Source: Pseudomonadota bacterium
Lineage (GTDB): Bacteria; Pseudomonadota; Gammaproteobacteria; Burkholderiales; JALYOK01
DNA: 35,478 nucleotides
Assembly: GCA_031406045.1 (NCBI GenBank)
Contig: JANOGO010000055.1
Span: 1 to 35,478, forward strand
Direction of reading: 5' to 3'
Position numbers and translations under genes: made by a program. The notes beneath the pieces were generated by a model, which saw only the letters and a list, made by a program, of their open reading frames with translations, ran no database searches and was not told the origin of the DNA. Each line of letters opens with the position of its first letter. Position 1 is the stretch's first letter. Shown piece by piece: positions 25,975 through 35,322 of this stretch.

Positions 25975-27177
25975 CTAACGCTTGTTCCGCTGGATAAAGT
26001 CGGCCATGCGCGCTACGCCATTTTTGATTGCGTCGTTCGACGCCGCGTAGCTGAATCGCACATGCTGGCCTTCGTCCGGCACGCGTGGGCCGAAATGGAT
26101 ATCGGCGAGCAACGCAACGCCGGCTTCGTGTAATAACCGGGTGCGAAATTCTTCCGAATCTTTTGCATTAATCATGCTGCAGGCTTCGGTCACGTTTGGC
26201 CAGGCGTAGAAAGCACCGCCGGGCGATTGGCAAGTTACGCCGGGCACTTGATTTAGCAAACCAACAATTAAATCGCGGCGCTGCATGAAACTAACGCGCA
26301 TCATTTCGGCATGTTCTTGCGTGCCGTTCAGTGCTTCGACCGCCGCCCATTGCGTGATCTGCGAGGCGCAGGAATCGGTATTCGTGACCCAACGGACAAA
26401 ATGCGGCGCCAAAGTTTTATTCGCGGCAAATCCGAGGCGCCAACCGGTCATCGCCCAGGTTTTTGATGCGCCGTCGGTGATGATGGTGCGCTCTTGCATA
26501 CCGGGTAATTCGGCGATCGAAATAAACTTACCGTCGTACACCAAGCGGCCGTAAATATCATCGGCGTAGACCCACACTTGCGGATGCTTGTACAAGACCG
26601 CGGCGACGTCTTCCATATTCTGACGCGTCAAAATTCCGCCGGTCGGATTTTGCGGTGAATTCAAAATCAACAATTTCGTTTTCGCGGTGATTTTATCGGC
26701 GAGTTCGTTCGGATCGAACGCGAATTGACGATTTTCACGCAGAAAAATCGGCACCGGCACCGCGCCGTGGACGCGAATCTGAGACTCATAAATCGGAAAT
26801 CCCGGGTTCGGGAAAATCACTTCATCGCCGGCGCCATAGTCGGTGCAACATAGAATCGCATAGGCGATGAACGGCTTTGCGCCGGCGCCGATCACAATAT
26901 CGTCCGGCGAAATAGTGAGCCCGCGCATGCCGCCGAGATAACGCGCAGCCGCTTCGCGTAGTTCCTGAATCCCCGCTGACGGCGTGTAGCCGTGCTTACC
27001 GGAGCGAATGGCTTCGATTGCCGCATCTTGAATGTTTACCGGCGTTGGGAAATCCGGTTGGCCGATACAGAAGGAAATAATGTCTTTGCCTTCGCGCTGA
27101 AGCTTATTCACTTCAGCGAGGACGACGAATGCGTTTTCGGTGCCAAGAGAATTAGAACGATTGCTGACCGTAGGCAT
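25975..27177 (-). CDS. PLP-dependent class I/II aminotransferase (aspartate aminotransferase-like)
   Basis: IGQPDF, GAGAK, NSPQNPTG, DDIY, PLP-lysine motif GASKTWAMTGWRLG and RFSYA. Confidence 0.93.
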   Translation of the reverse strand: MPTVSNRSNSLGTENAFVVLAEVNKLQREGKDIISFCIGQPDFPTPVNIQDAAIEAIRSGKHGYTPSAGIQELREAAARYLGGMRGLTISPDDIVIGAGAKPFIAYAILCCTDYGAGDEVIFPNPGFPIYESQIRVHGAVPVPIFLRENRQFAFDPNELADKITAKTKLLILNSPQNPTGGILTRQNMEDVAAVLYKHPQVWVYADDIYGRLVYDGKFISIAELPGMQERTIITDGASKTWAMTGWRLGFAANKTLAPHFVRWVTNTDSCASQITQWAAVEALNGTQEHAEMMRVSFMQRRDLIVGLLNQVPGVTCQSPGGAFYAWPNVTEACSMINAKDSEEFRTRLLHEAGVALLADIHFGPRVPDEGQHVRFSYAASNDAIKNGVARMADFIQRNKR

Positions 27178-27179
27178 GG

Positions 27180-28583
27180 CTATAATTTTTTCTGAGTGTA
27201 AAGTTCACGAAAGGTTTTTCCGGCTGGGGCCGGCATGTCGCGTCCCTTAGTCCAGCCATCCAAGCGCGGCAGACTGTGGATGAGGCCATCGCGACCACCG
27301 AGTGCTTTACCGAATCGTGCCGCCAGCTTGGTCGCGAACGCATAGAGTCGCGGGCGTAACGCGACGTAGCGCCAAACATTGATCGAAACTCGTTCGCCGA
27401 ATGGACGAAGGTTTTGCTCGACCTGTTTTTCGCGCAAGTGCCGCATCAGATCCGGCAACGGAATTTTAACCGGACAAACTACGCCGCAAGCGTTACACAA
27501 GGTCGCTGCTTGCGGCAGATCGAGCGCGTCTTTGAGGCCGACATAATTCGGCGTTAACACGGCACCGATCGGGCCGGGATAAACCCAGCCATAAGAATGA
27601 CCACCGATATTTTGATACACCGGGCAGTGGTTCATGCACGCGCCGCAGCGAATGCAACGTAACGCTTCTTGCATCTCGGTGCCGAGCATCGCCGAGCGGC
27701 CGGAATCCACGAGAATGACGTGGGACTGCTCAGGGCCATCGATATCGTCCGAGCCCTTGGGTCCGGTTAATACCGTGACGTAGTTGGATATCGTTTGACC
27801 CGTTGCGGAGCGCGGTAACAAGCGCATAATCGTTGATAAATCATCTAGCGTCGGCAATACTTTTTCAATGCCGGTGATGGCAACGTGTATGCGCGGCGCG
27901 GTGGTGACCATGCGGCCATTGCCTTCGTTGGTTACCAGCGCCACCGAACCGGTTTCCGCAATCAGGAAATTACCGCCAGAGATGCCCATATCCGCCGATA
28001 AGAAATGCGGACGCAGAATTTGCCGTGCTTCTCGCGTGAGCGCGGGGATATCGAGCTTATAGGGGAGATTGTGGTGCTGCTGAAATAACTCGGCGACGTC
28101 TTCTTTGCTCTTGTGAATCGCCGGGGCGATTAAATGAGATGGCGGCTCTTTCGCGAGCTGAACGATGTATTCACCCAAATCGGTCTCGATCGCTTGAATG
28201 CCAACATCAGCCAATGCGTGATTCAGCCCAGACTCTTCACTGACCATTGACTTCGACTTAACGACTTTTTTTACGCCATTGGCCTGCGCGATTTCTATGA
28301 CGATGCGATTGACGTCCTGCGCCGTCTCGGCCCAATGCACGACGGTTCCGCGCGCTTTCGCCATTTCTTCAAACTTAATTAAGTAGGCGTCGAGATTTTC
28401 CAGGCCGCGATTGCGGATTATTTTTCCGGCTTCACGCAAATCTTCGAAAATGTCGAGTTCCGCGACGGCAGCGGCGCGCTTTTCGGCAAAACCGCGGCCG
28501 AAGCGCCGCATGTTTTTTTGGAAATGAGCATTTTCCAATTGCATGGACGACTTGCTCTTAAAGTGCATCGAGGCGACTTGCAT
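27180..28583 (-). CDS. lutB: Lactate utilization Fe-S protein B (LutB/YkgF/LldF)
   Basis: KSKSMVSEE, ETDLGEY, NEGNGR, CIRCGACMNHCPVY and a second Cys cluster LCNACGVVCP. Confidence 0.95.
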   Translation of the reverse strand: MQVASMHFKSKSSMQLENAHFQKNMRRFGRGFAEKRAAAVAELDIFEDLREAGKIIRNRGLENLDAYLIKFEEMAKARGTVVHWAETAQDVNRIVIEIAQANGVKKVVKSKSMVSEESGLNHALADVGIQAIETDLGEYIVQLAKEPPSHLIAPAIHKSKEDVAELFQQHHNLPYKLDIPALTREARQILRPHFLSADMGISGGNFLIAETGSVALVTNEGNGRMVTTAPRIHVAITGIEKVLPTLDDLSTIMRLLPRSATGQTISNYVTVLTGPKGSDDIDGPEQSHVILVDSGRSAMLGTEMQEALRCIRCGACMNHCPVYQNIGGHSYGWVYPGPIGAVLTPNYVGLKDALDLPQAATLCNACGVVCPVKIPLPDLMRHLREKQVEQNLRPFGERVSINVWRYVALRPRLYAFATKLAARFGKALGGRDGLIHSLPRLDGWTKGRDMPAPAGKTFRELYTQKKL

Positions 28584-28594
28584 AAATTCAGGGG

Positions 28595-29317
28595 CTAGGG
28601 TCGAGAGGTTAGAATTTCAGCGATGTGTAACACTTTAGTTTTGTGATCGCCGTTACGGCGCAAACGGCCTTCGATACTGAGTAGGCAGCCAAGATCGCCG
28701 CCGACGATGGCGCTAGCGCCGGTGGCTTGGGCGTTCACGCATTTATTGTCGGCCATGCGCGTTGAGATATCGCCGAGCTTGATCGAAAATGTGCCGCCGA
28801 AACCGCAGCAGATTTCGGCATCTATCATTTCGGTGACTGCCAACCCGCATTGCTTTAACAGCGCGCGCGGCTGCTGTTTAACGTTGAGTTCACGCAAGCC
28901 TGAGCAAGAATCATGATAAGTGATCGAGCCGGAAAAATCCGTTTGCAGTTTTTCCAGCTTGACGACATTGACGAGAAAATCCGTTAACTCGTAGGTTTTT
29001 TCGGTCAGCTCGCTAAGTCGCCGCAGAATTTCCGGTTCATCTTTAAAGATCACCGGGTAGTGTATGCGGATCATGCCGCTGCAGGAACCGGAAGGCGCAA
29101 CGACGTAATCGCAATCTTGAAATTCTTCTAGAAATTTAAGTGCCATATCACGGCCTGATTTGACGTCGCCGGAGTTATAGCCGGGTTGGCCGCAACAGGT
29201 TTGGCTGGCCGGAACGACCACCTCGCAACCCGCCGATTCCAGCAGCTTAATCGCCGCGAAACCAATATTCGGACGAACTAAGTCCACGAGACAAGTGACA
29301 AATAAACCGACGCGCAC
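28595..29317 (-). CDS. lutA: Lactate utilization protein A (LutA/YkgE, CCG domains)
   Basis: GLFVTCLVD, QTCCGQP, PSGSC, YHDSC and CCGFGGTF. GTG start. Confidence 0.95.
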   Translation of the reverse strand: MRVGLFVTCLVDLVRPNIGFAAIKLLESAGCEVVVPASQTCCGQPGYNSGDVKSGRDMALKFLEEFQDCDYVVAPSGSCSGMIRIHYPVIFKDEPEILRRLSELTEKTYELTDFLVNVVKLEKLQTDFSGSITYHDSCSGLRELNVKQQPRALLKQCGLAVTEMIDAEICCGFGGTFSIKLGDISTRMADNKCVNAQATGASAIVGGDLGCLLSIEGRLRRNGDHKTKVLHIAEILTSRP

Positions 29318-29467
29318 AGGGGAAATTGGATATTTTTAGAGACACAAATGATAGCACAAGCAACATAAATTCTCGCCGGGCGAAACCAGGTATTGCACCG
29401 TGATTTAGGCAAATGCGTTACACTTTTGGGCTGTGTATACCAACAAGCAATAACGCGGGGCTTGACC

Positions 29468-30289
29468 ATGGCTCGAGTAGCAAAGAATTTGGAAAAAGCG
29501 GCGCCGGCGGAAGAAAAAGAGACCAAAAGCACCATTAAGGTCATCGTCCGCATGACGCAATTGCTCGACGCGCTTGCGGCGCGCTCGGGCGCCGTGCATT
29601 TGAAAGACTTGAGTTTAACAACCGGGCTACATCCTTCAACCGCCCATCGAATTCTCAATGTCATGTGCGACCAACGCATGGTGGAGCGTGTCGATGCCGG
29701 TAGTTACAAGCTCGGTATTCGCCTACTCGAGCTTGGCAACTTGTTCAAGCAGCGCGTATCGGTGCGCGAGCAGGCTTTACCGCATATGCATCAGTTGCAG
29801 AACGAAACCGGTGAATCGGTGACGTTGAGTATCCGCCATCGGGATGAAGTGATCTTTGTCGAGCGTGCGGTGGGCAGTCAATCGTTGATGCGGGTGGTGC
29901 ATGCATATGGCGCGCGGGCGTTATTGCACGTCACGGCGACAGGAAAATTATTCCTCGCCGATGACGGGGAAATGGCCTGGGTCAGCTACGCGGAACGCAC
30001 TCGGCTGCATGCGCTGACGTCGCGCTCAATCGAAACGCTGACCTCGCTGCAAGACGAATTGCGCGAAGTAAAACGCCGCGGCTATGCGTTCGAAGATCAG
30101 GAAGAAGAAGTCGGCGTCGGTTGTATCGGCGCGGGAATTCGTAACGATGAAAACCGCTTGGTCGCGGGCATTTCGGTGCTTGCGCCGTCCGATCGCATGC
30201 GTTGGAGCTGGGCCGATCGCGTGAAAGAAATTGCCGACACCATCTCCAAGTCAGTCGGTTATTTGCCGTCGGACGGTACGGTTAAATAG
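29468..30289 (+). CDS. IclR-family transcriptional regulator
   Basis: HTH (TGLHPSTAHRIL...YKLG) and effector domain (LHVTATGK, RGYA, GVGCIGA). Divergent from lutA. Start placed at ATG 29468. Confidence 0.93.
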   Translation: MARVAKNLEKAAPAEEKETKSTIKVIVRMTQLLDALAARSGAVHLKDLSLTTGLHPSTAHRILNVMCDQRMVERVDAGSYKLGIRLLELGNLFKQRVSVREQALPHMHQLQNETGESVTLSIRHRDEVIFVERAVGSQSLMRVVHAYGARALLHVTATGKLFLADDGEMAWVSYAERTRLHALTSRSIETLTSLQDELREVKRRGYAFEDQEEEVGVGCIGAGIRNDENRLVAGISVLAPSDRMRWSWADRVKEIADTISKSVGYLPSDGTVK

Positions 30290-31245
30290 TGCACGCTGAA
30301 TAGCTTTGCCGAATCGGTCCATACATCGCGAGCCTCCAGGCCGGCGAGCTTAGCGAGCGACTGAAACTCCTCAATGCTGTATTTGCACGAGATCTCGGTG
30401 TGGATCGTCTCTCCCTCGTGAAATAAGAACGGTTGCGATGCGATCGTAACCGTTTGCGCGCGAACGCTGAGCAAATGCATTTCGATTCGGCCCAGTGTTT
30501 CATCGTAAAACGCATGATGGCGAAACGCGCTTAAGTCAAAGTTTCCACCCAATTCGTTATTGATGCGGCATAGGACATTCAGATTAAATTCAGCCGTCAC
30601 ACCGGCCGCATCGTTGTAGGCATCGTGCAGCGTGGAAGGATTTTTCTTCAAATCGACCCCGATCAGCGCCGCACCGCTAGGCCCTGCAACCCGCGCGATT
30701 TGTTGCAGAAAACGGTGGGTCTCGGCGCGATCGAAGTTACCGATGGTCGAGCCGGGAAAATAAATCAGTTTGCCCGCGAAGTTAATCTCGTCCAGTGCCG
30801 GCAACGCGAACGGTTGAGTATAGTCCGCACATACCGCGCGAACTGGGAATCCCGGCCGGGTTTGAGCGAGTGCCGATGCCGATAACGCAAGCTGCTCGCG
30901 AGAAATGTCGATGGGCACGTAGGCCGCAGGCCGCATGGCATCGATTAAGATCGGGGTTTTAGTGCTGCTGCCGCTGCCATATTCAATCAACAAGGCATTA
31001 AGCCCAATTCGTTTCGCCATGCCAGTGGCATGTTCGCGCATCAGCGCGATCTCGGTTCGGGTCGGGTAATACTCGGGCAGATCGCAGATTGCTTCGAACA
31101 GCGACGAGCCACGTTCATCGTAGAAATATTTTGCCGATAAACGTTTTTGCGGCTGGCTGAGTCCGCTTAAGACGTCGTCCAAAAACGATCCCAGGTTTGG
31201 CGCGAGATCGTGGAAGCGATAATCGACGTTTGCCGGTGCGTTCAT
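30259..31245 (-). CDS. egtD: L-histidine N-alpha-methyltransferase (ergothioneine pathway)
   Basis: KYFYDERGS, LPEYYPTRTE, EYGSGSSTKT, FPGSTIGNF, AYND, RIEMHL and TEISCKY. The ATG at 31245 overlaps the pbpG stop (ATGA). Confidence 0.95.
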   Translation of the reverse strand: MNAPANVDYRFHDLAPNLGSFLDDVLSGLSQPQKRLSAKYFYDERGSSLFEAICDLPEYYPTRTEIALMREHATGMAKRIGLNALLIEYGSGSSTKTPILIDAMRPAAYVPIDISREQLALSASALAQTRPGFPVRAVCADYTQPFALPALDEINFAGKLIYFPGSTIGNFDRAETHRFLQQIARVAGPSGAALIGVDLKKNPSTLHDAYNDAAGVTAEFNLNVLCRINNELGGNFDLSAFRHHAFYDETLGRIEMHLLSVRAQTVTIASQPFLFHEGETIHTEISCKYSIEEFQSLAKLAGLEARDVWTDSAKLFSVHYLTVPSDGK

Positions 31246-32162
31246 AATTTTCCGATGGAAGGACGCAAACGTTCCTCGAGCCATTTTTTTATGCGGTTGG
31301 CATCTCCAACCCGGGAATATCGCCCATAGGAATCGAGCAACACGATATCGACGACGCGACGTTCAATGACTGCCTGCAATACTAGGCAATAACCAGCCTC
31401 ACTCAAGTAGCCCGTTTTCGACACTTGAATATCCCATCCGGCGGCGTGGCGCAATAGTAAATTGGTGTTGACGTAATTGATCTGAGTGCCGCTGTCCAAG
31501 CGGGTCAACGAGACTTGCGGGGTGGTCGAGTAGTCGCGAATGAGTTCATATTTAGCCGCCGCGGCGACGAGCTTTGCCATATCGCGCGCCGTCGATACGT
31601 TGCGGCTGGACAATCCACTGCTGTCGACAAACCAGGACGAGAACATACCGATTTGCGCGGCGCGGCGATTCATCGCGGCGACGAATGCGTCGCGCCCCCC
31701 AGGGTGGGTGCGCGCCAACGCCGAGGCGGCGCGATTTTCTGACGACATCAGCGCGAGACGGAGCATATCGCGCCGCGCCAAGATTTCGCCGATGCGCATT
31801 TTGGAACGGGAGCCGCGTTCCATATCGATGTCATCATTTTCCACCCGAATCGTCGCATCAAGCGCGAGCCCGCTATCCAACACGATGATCGCGGTCATTA
31901 ACTTTGTTAACGAAGCGATCGGATGAATCGCGGCTACATTTTTCTGGAACAGTATCGCGCCGGTATAGTGGTCCAGCACCAATGCGGCATTGGAATACAG
32001 CGCGAGATTCCGAGCCGAATCGCCGGCGACGGGAAGTAACGCGCGCGGCGCGTCGGCGTTGGCAAACGCCGACGATACAAAATTAGTGAATATGATTAAG
32101 CAGCCCGCCACCCAAATTAGAACCAGGGCTTCGCGGGAGTGGTTTAGAGACAAACGATGCAT
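31242..32162 (-). CDS. pbpG: D-alanyl-D-alanine endopeptidase (PBP7 family, peptidase S11)
   Basis: SxxK (PIASLTKLM), SxN (ALMSSEN) and KTG (SKTGY), with a hydrophobic N-terminal signal. Start uncertain. Confidence 0.88.
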   Translation of the reverse strand: MHRLSLNHSREALVLIWVAGCLIIFTNFVSSAFANADAPRALLPVAGDSARNLALYSNAALVLDHYTGAILFQKNVAAIHPIASLTKLMTAIIVLDSGLALDATIRVENDDIDMERGSRSKMRIGEILARRDMLRLALMSSENRAASALARTHPGGRDAFVAAMNRRAAQIGMFSSWFVDSSGLSSRNVSTARDMAKLVAAAAKYELIRDYSTTPQVSLTRLDSGTQINYVNTNLLLRHAAGWDIQVSKTGYLSEAGYCLVLQAVIERRVVDIVLLDSYGRYSRVGDANRIKKWLEERLRPSIGKL

Positions 32163-32329
32163 GTCGAATGGGGGTGATGGCAAAAAACCGAGGCTAACAC
32201 AATCTAACTATTCGATAAACTCGCGCTTGCCTCGGCACAATTCGTAGTTCGCGGGAACGCGGCAAAACCCGGTTAACTTAAGCCGCGCTAAATCGCTTGA
32301 ATTGAGTTGTAAACCAGTACAGCGGGGAA

Positions 32330-32355
32330 ACGGACTGTCAGGACAATCCGTCAGC
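32330..32355 (-). terminator. Possible hairpin downstream of the DUF3567 gene
   Basis: Reverse strand reads ACGGATTGTC-ct-GACAGTCCGT, followed by only a short T run. Confidence 0.3.
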
Positions 32356-32380
32356 AAGAAAATTGCCGACGGCGTCGGAC

Positions 32381-32614
32381 TTAGTGGAATGTGAGGTGCT
32401 GTTCCGAGGGCGCTTCGTAGTCGTCGAGAAATTCATCTATCGATTCCACGGTGGGGCTGGCGGAAAATACATTTTCCATTGATGTGCGAAATTTAACGGC
32501 CGTGTCACCCACCAGAAAAGCAGATGTTTTGCCTTGCTTATCGATCAACTCAAAGCTGCCATGGGTGGGGTATTCCACCACCGAAAAGTGTTCACTGTTG
32601 TAGACTAAATTCAT
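32381..32614 (-). CDS. Small acidic protein, BTH_I0359/DUF3567-like
   Basis: MNLVYNSEHFSVVEY...FELIDK...PTVESIDEFLDDY pattern and a terminal His. GGAG RBS lies upstream of ATG 32614. Confidence 0.72.
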   Translation of the reverse strand: MNLVYNSEHFSVVEYPTHGSFELIDKQGKTSAFLVGDTAVKFRTSMENVFSASPTVESIDEFLDDYEAPSEQHLTFH

Positions 32615-32786
32615 TCTAAACACTCCTATTCACGAGCTACCGTTAAGACCGTTCGATCTTGGCTACATTTTTAATATAGGGCCAAGTGCCTGGAATTCAA
32701 GAACAGCCCGACAGCCGGTCGAAAAGCCGAGCTATTCGTATTGGCTTAACGCGAACTTAGCTTTATCGGACTACAAATGGATTACG

Positions 32787-33218
32787 CTAGTGCGCTGCAA
32801 GCGCAACAAACCAATAGCGAGAGAATTTTCCGACAGCGATAAATACCGCACATTGCCATACATTGAGGCGCAGCCAGCCCGCCGCAACGCACAGTGGATC
32901 GCCGATCCAGGGCAGCCACGCGAGCAACAGAATTGGGCTACCAAAGCGTTTTACCCTGTTGAGCGGCGATTGTCCGGCGGGCGGGGTTGTCGTAGGAAAA
33001 AATCGGCCGATCACATAGGAACTAAGGCCACCTAGCGTGTTTGCAGTCGTTGCGCAGGCCAGAGCAGGCCAAAATAACGCGGGATTAAGTTTAAGAACGC
33101 CAAAAAGAATCAATTCCGAACTGACAGGGATGATACTCCCGGCCAGAAAACTCGCGATGAACAAAAACATGAGTTCGCTGCCCGGGCCCAGGCTTTGCGC
33201 CAGCCAATCAAGCATCAA
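32787..33218 (-). CDS. yqaA: YqaA/DedA-family (VTT domain) membrane protein
   Basis: FLAGSIIPVSSE, NTLGG, LLLAWLPWIGDPLCVAAGWLR and GKFSRY. Confidence 0.88.
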   Translation of the reverse strand: MMLDWLAQSLGPGSELMFLFIASFLAGSIIPVSSELILFGVLKLNPALFWPALACATTANTLGGLSSYVIGRFFPTTTPPAGQSPLNRVKRFGSPILLLAWLPWIGDPLCVAAGWLRLNVWQCAVFIAVGKFSRYWFVALAAH

Positions 33219-34336
33219 AAAAGCGAAAGTTGCGTGGTAGCGGCACCCGGCACCCGAAACAGGGAGGTCGTTAGCGCCGGCCGTTCTTGAGTGAGTTTAA
33301 GTCGTACGCAGGCATTGCGAAAGCGTTGCGCCAGCAGTCGTGCAAATTCCCCTTCGCCACGCATGCGGCTGACGAAGTTTGGGTCGTTGTCCTTACCGCC
33401 GCGCATCTGCCGGATGATGCTCATGACATGGCCGGCGCGCTGCGGAAAATACTGTTCGAGCCATTCGGCGAATAGCGTTTTTACCTCATGCGGTAAGCGC
33501 ACCAATATATACCCGGCGGACTGCGCGCCGTTGGCCTTAGCGGCCTCTAGCACCGACTCAATGTCTTTATCAGTCAGCGCCGGAATCACCGGCGCGACCA
33601 TCACGCCGGTTGGAATGCCCGCAACACTAAGAGCCTGCACGGCCTGCATGCGCCGCGCGGGCGCGCTGGTACGCGGTTCCAGATGGCGCGAAATGCTGTG
33701 GTCGAGCGTACCGATCGACAGGAATACGAGCGCCAAATTGCGTTCTGCCATCGCGGACAAAATATCGATGTCACGCTCCACCCGCGCCGATTTCGTGACG
33801 ATCGCGACAGGATGATTAAATTCGTTTAGCACCTCGAGGATCGCACGCGTGATACCGAATTTTTTCTCGATCGGTTGATACGGATCGGTATTGGCGCCCA
33901 GCACAATGAGGGCAGGGCGGTAGCTTGGTTTGCTCAGTTCTTTTCGCAGCAGCGCCGCTGCTTCCGGTTTGTAAAATAGTTTGGTTTCAAAATCCAAACC
34001 GGGCGACAGCCCAAGGTAAGCATGTGCCGGCCGGGCGTAGCAATAAATGCAGCCGTGTTCGCAGCCTTTGTACGGGTTGATCGAGCGATCGAACGGAATA
34101 TCCGGCGACGCGTTATAGCTGATGATCGAGCGTGCCGGGTCTTCGCGAACTTCGGTTTTAAACGCCGGTAACTCGTCATTTTCCTCGGCGTAGTCGCGAT
34201 AATCGCCATCGGCCTCGCGCGACCAGGCTTCGAATCGAGCGGTCGGTTGGCTCAGGGCACCACGGCCTTTTGCGAGTTTTTGCGCGGGATCGTTCACATT
34301 ATTTCGCTTAGAATGATTGGTTGAATTGTACGCCAT
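33215..34336 (-). CDS. PA0069-family radical SAM protein (spore photoproduct lyase-like superfamily)
   Basis: KGRGA, SINPYKGCEHGCIYCYARP (CxxxCxxC), GANTDPYQP and a QLSLF C-terminus. The real start may be GTG 34297. Confidence 0.92.
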   Translation of the reverse strand: MAYNSTNHSKRNNVNDPAQKLAKGRGALSQPTARFEAWSREADGDYRDYAEENDELPAFKTEVREDPARSIISYNASPDIPFDRSINPYKGCEHGCIYCYARPAHAYLGLSPGLDFETKLFYKPEAAALLRKELSKPSYRPALIVLGANTDPYQPIEKKFGITRAILEVLNEFNHPVAIVTKSARVERDIDILSAMAERNLALVFLSIGTLDHSISRHLEPRTSAPARRMQAVQALSVAGIPTGVMVAPVIPALTDKDIESVLEAAKANGAQSAGYILVRLPHEVKTLFAEWLEQYFPQRAGHVMSIIRQMRGGKDNDPNFVSRMRGEGEFARLLAQRFRNACVRLKLTQERPALTTSLFRVPGAATTQLSLF

Positions 34337-34356
34337 GCTGCGGGTAAACTGACCTC

Positions 34357-35151
34357 ATGCTGATTGCGCAAATCACCGATCTTCACATCATGCTTCCGGG
34401 CCAGCTATTGCAGCGGCGCGTCGATACAGGAAACTATTTACGCAAGGCCGTGGCGAAGCTTCAGGCGCTGGATCCTGCGCCGGATTTGCTGCTGATCAGC
34501 GGCGATTTGGTCGAATCCGGTAGCCCGGAAGAATACCAATATCTGCGAAGCCTCCTGGCGCCGCTAAGCTTTCCGTATTTTGTCATTCCAGGCAATCACG
34601 ACGAGCGCGAAGCCTTGCGCGCGGCATTTTCAGATCACGCTTGCTTGCCAAAAATTGGCTTTTTGAATTACGTCATCGACGATTATACGGTGCGCATAAT
34701 CGGGCTGGACACCGTTATTGCCGGGAAAACCGAGGGCGAGTTGTGCGCCGAGCGGCTCGCTTGGCTGAATGAAAAATTACCGCAAGCGCCACAAAAGCCG
34801 ACTTTGATCTTTATGCATCACCCACCGTTTACCACCGGGATTGCGCACATGGATCAGTGGGGGTTTCGCAATCCGGATGATTTTGCTGCTGTTGTTAGAA
34901 CCCATCAGCAAATCGAACGCATCGTCTGCGGTCACGTGCATCGGCCGATTCAGGCGCGCTTTGCAGGCACGCTGGCCGTGACCTGCCCGAGCACGGCGCA
35001 TCAGATTGATTTTGATCTCAATCCCGCGGCGCCGGTGGCTTTTATTATGGAGCCGCCCGGATTGATGCTGCATATTTGGAACGGCCAAAGTATGGCGACC
35101 CATACGATTTACACTGAATCCTACGATGGCCCGCACAAATACGGATCGTGA
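34357..35151 (+). CDS. Calcineurin-like metallophosphodiesterase (CpdA/Icc/GpdQ-like)
   Basis: QITDLH, SGDLV, PGNHD, MHHPP and CGHVHR motifs. Confidence 0.9.
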   Translation: MLIAQITDLHIMLPGQLLQRRVDTGNYLRKAVAKLQALDPAPDLLLISGDLVESGSPEEYQYLRSLLAPLSFPYFVIPGNHDEREALRAAFSDHACLPKIGFLNYVIDDYTVRIIGLDTVIAGKTEGELCAERLAWLNEKLPQAPQKPTLIFMHHPPFTTGIAHMDQWGFRNPDDFAAVVRTHQQIERIVCGHVHRPIQARFAGTLAVTCPSTAHQIDFDLNPAAPVAFIMEPPGLMLHIWNGQSMATHTIYTESYDGPHKYGS

Positions 35152-35232
35152 GGCACGCCACAAGCCTTATCCTGCTTGACTCGTGGCGAGGTATGCCTGG
35201 AGAGGCTCATGGATATTGGCTCCCAGGCCATG
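35150..35232 (+). repeat. Copy B of the degenerate intergenic repeat
   Basis: 30 of 37 nt identical to 5336-5372. The tail matches 25187-25226. Confidence 0.6.
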
Positions 35233-35322
35233 CCGTCCTACGTAGCGGTTGCGGTGCGGCAGTATCCATGTAGGGTGCATTCATGCACCACACCAATCAA
35301 ACGCTGCATGAATGGGCCCTAC
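35226..35322. repeat. GTAG-type REP cluster including an inverted doublet
   Basis: GTAGGGTGCATTCATGCACC (35270-35289) pairs with GCTGCATGAATGGGCCCTAC (35303-35322). A further GTAGGACGGCATGGCC lies on the reverse strand at 35226-35241. Confidence 0.7.
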
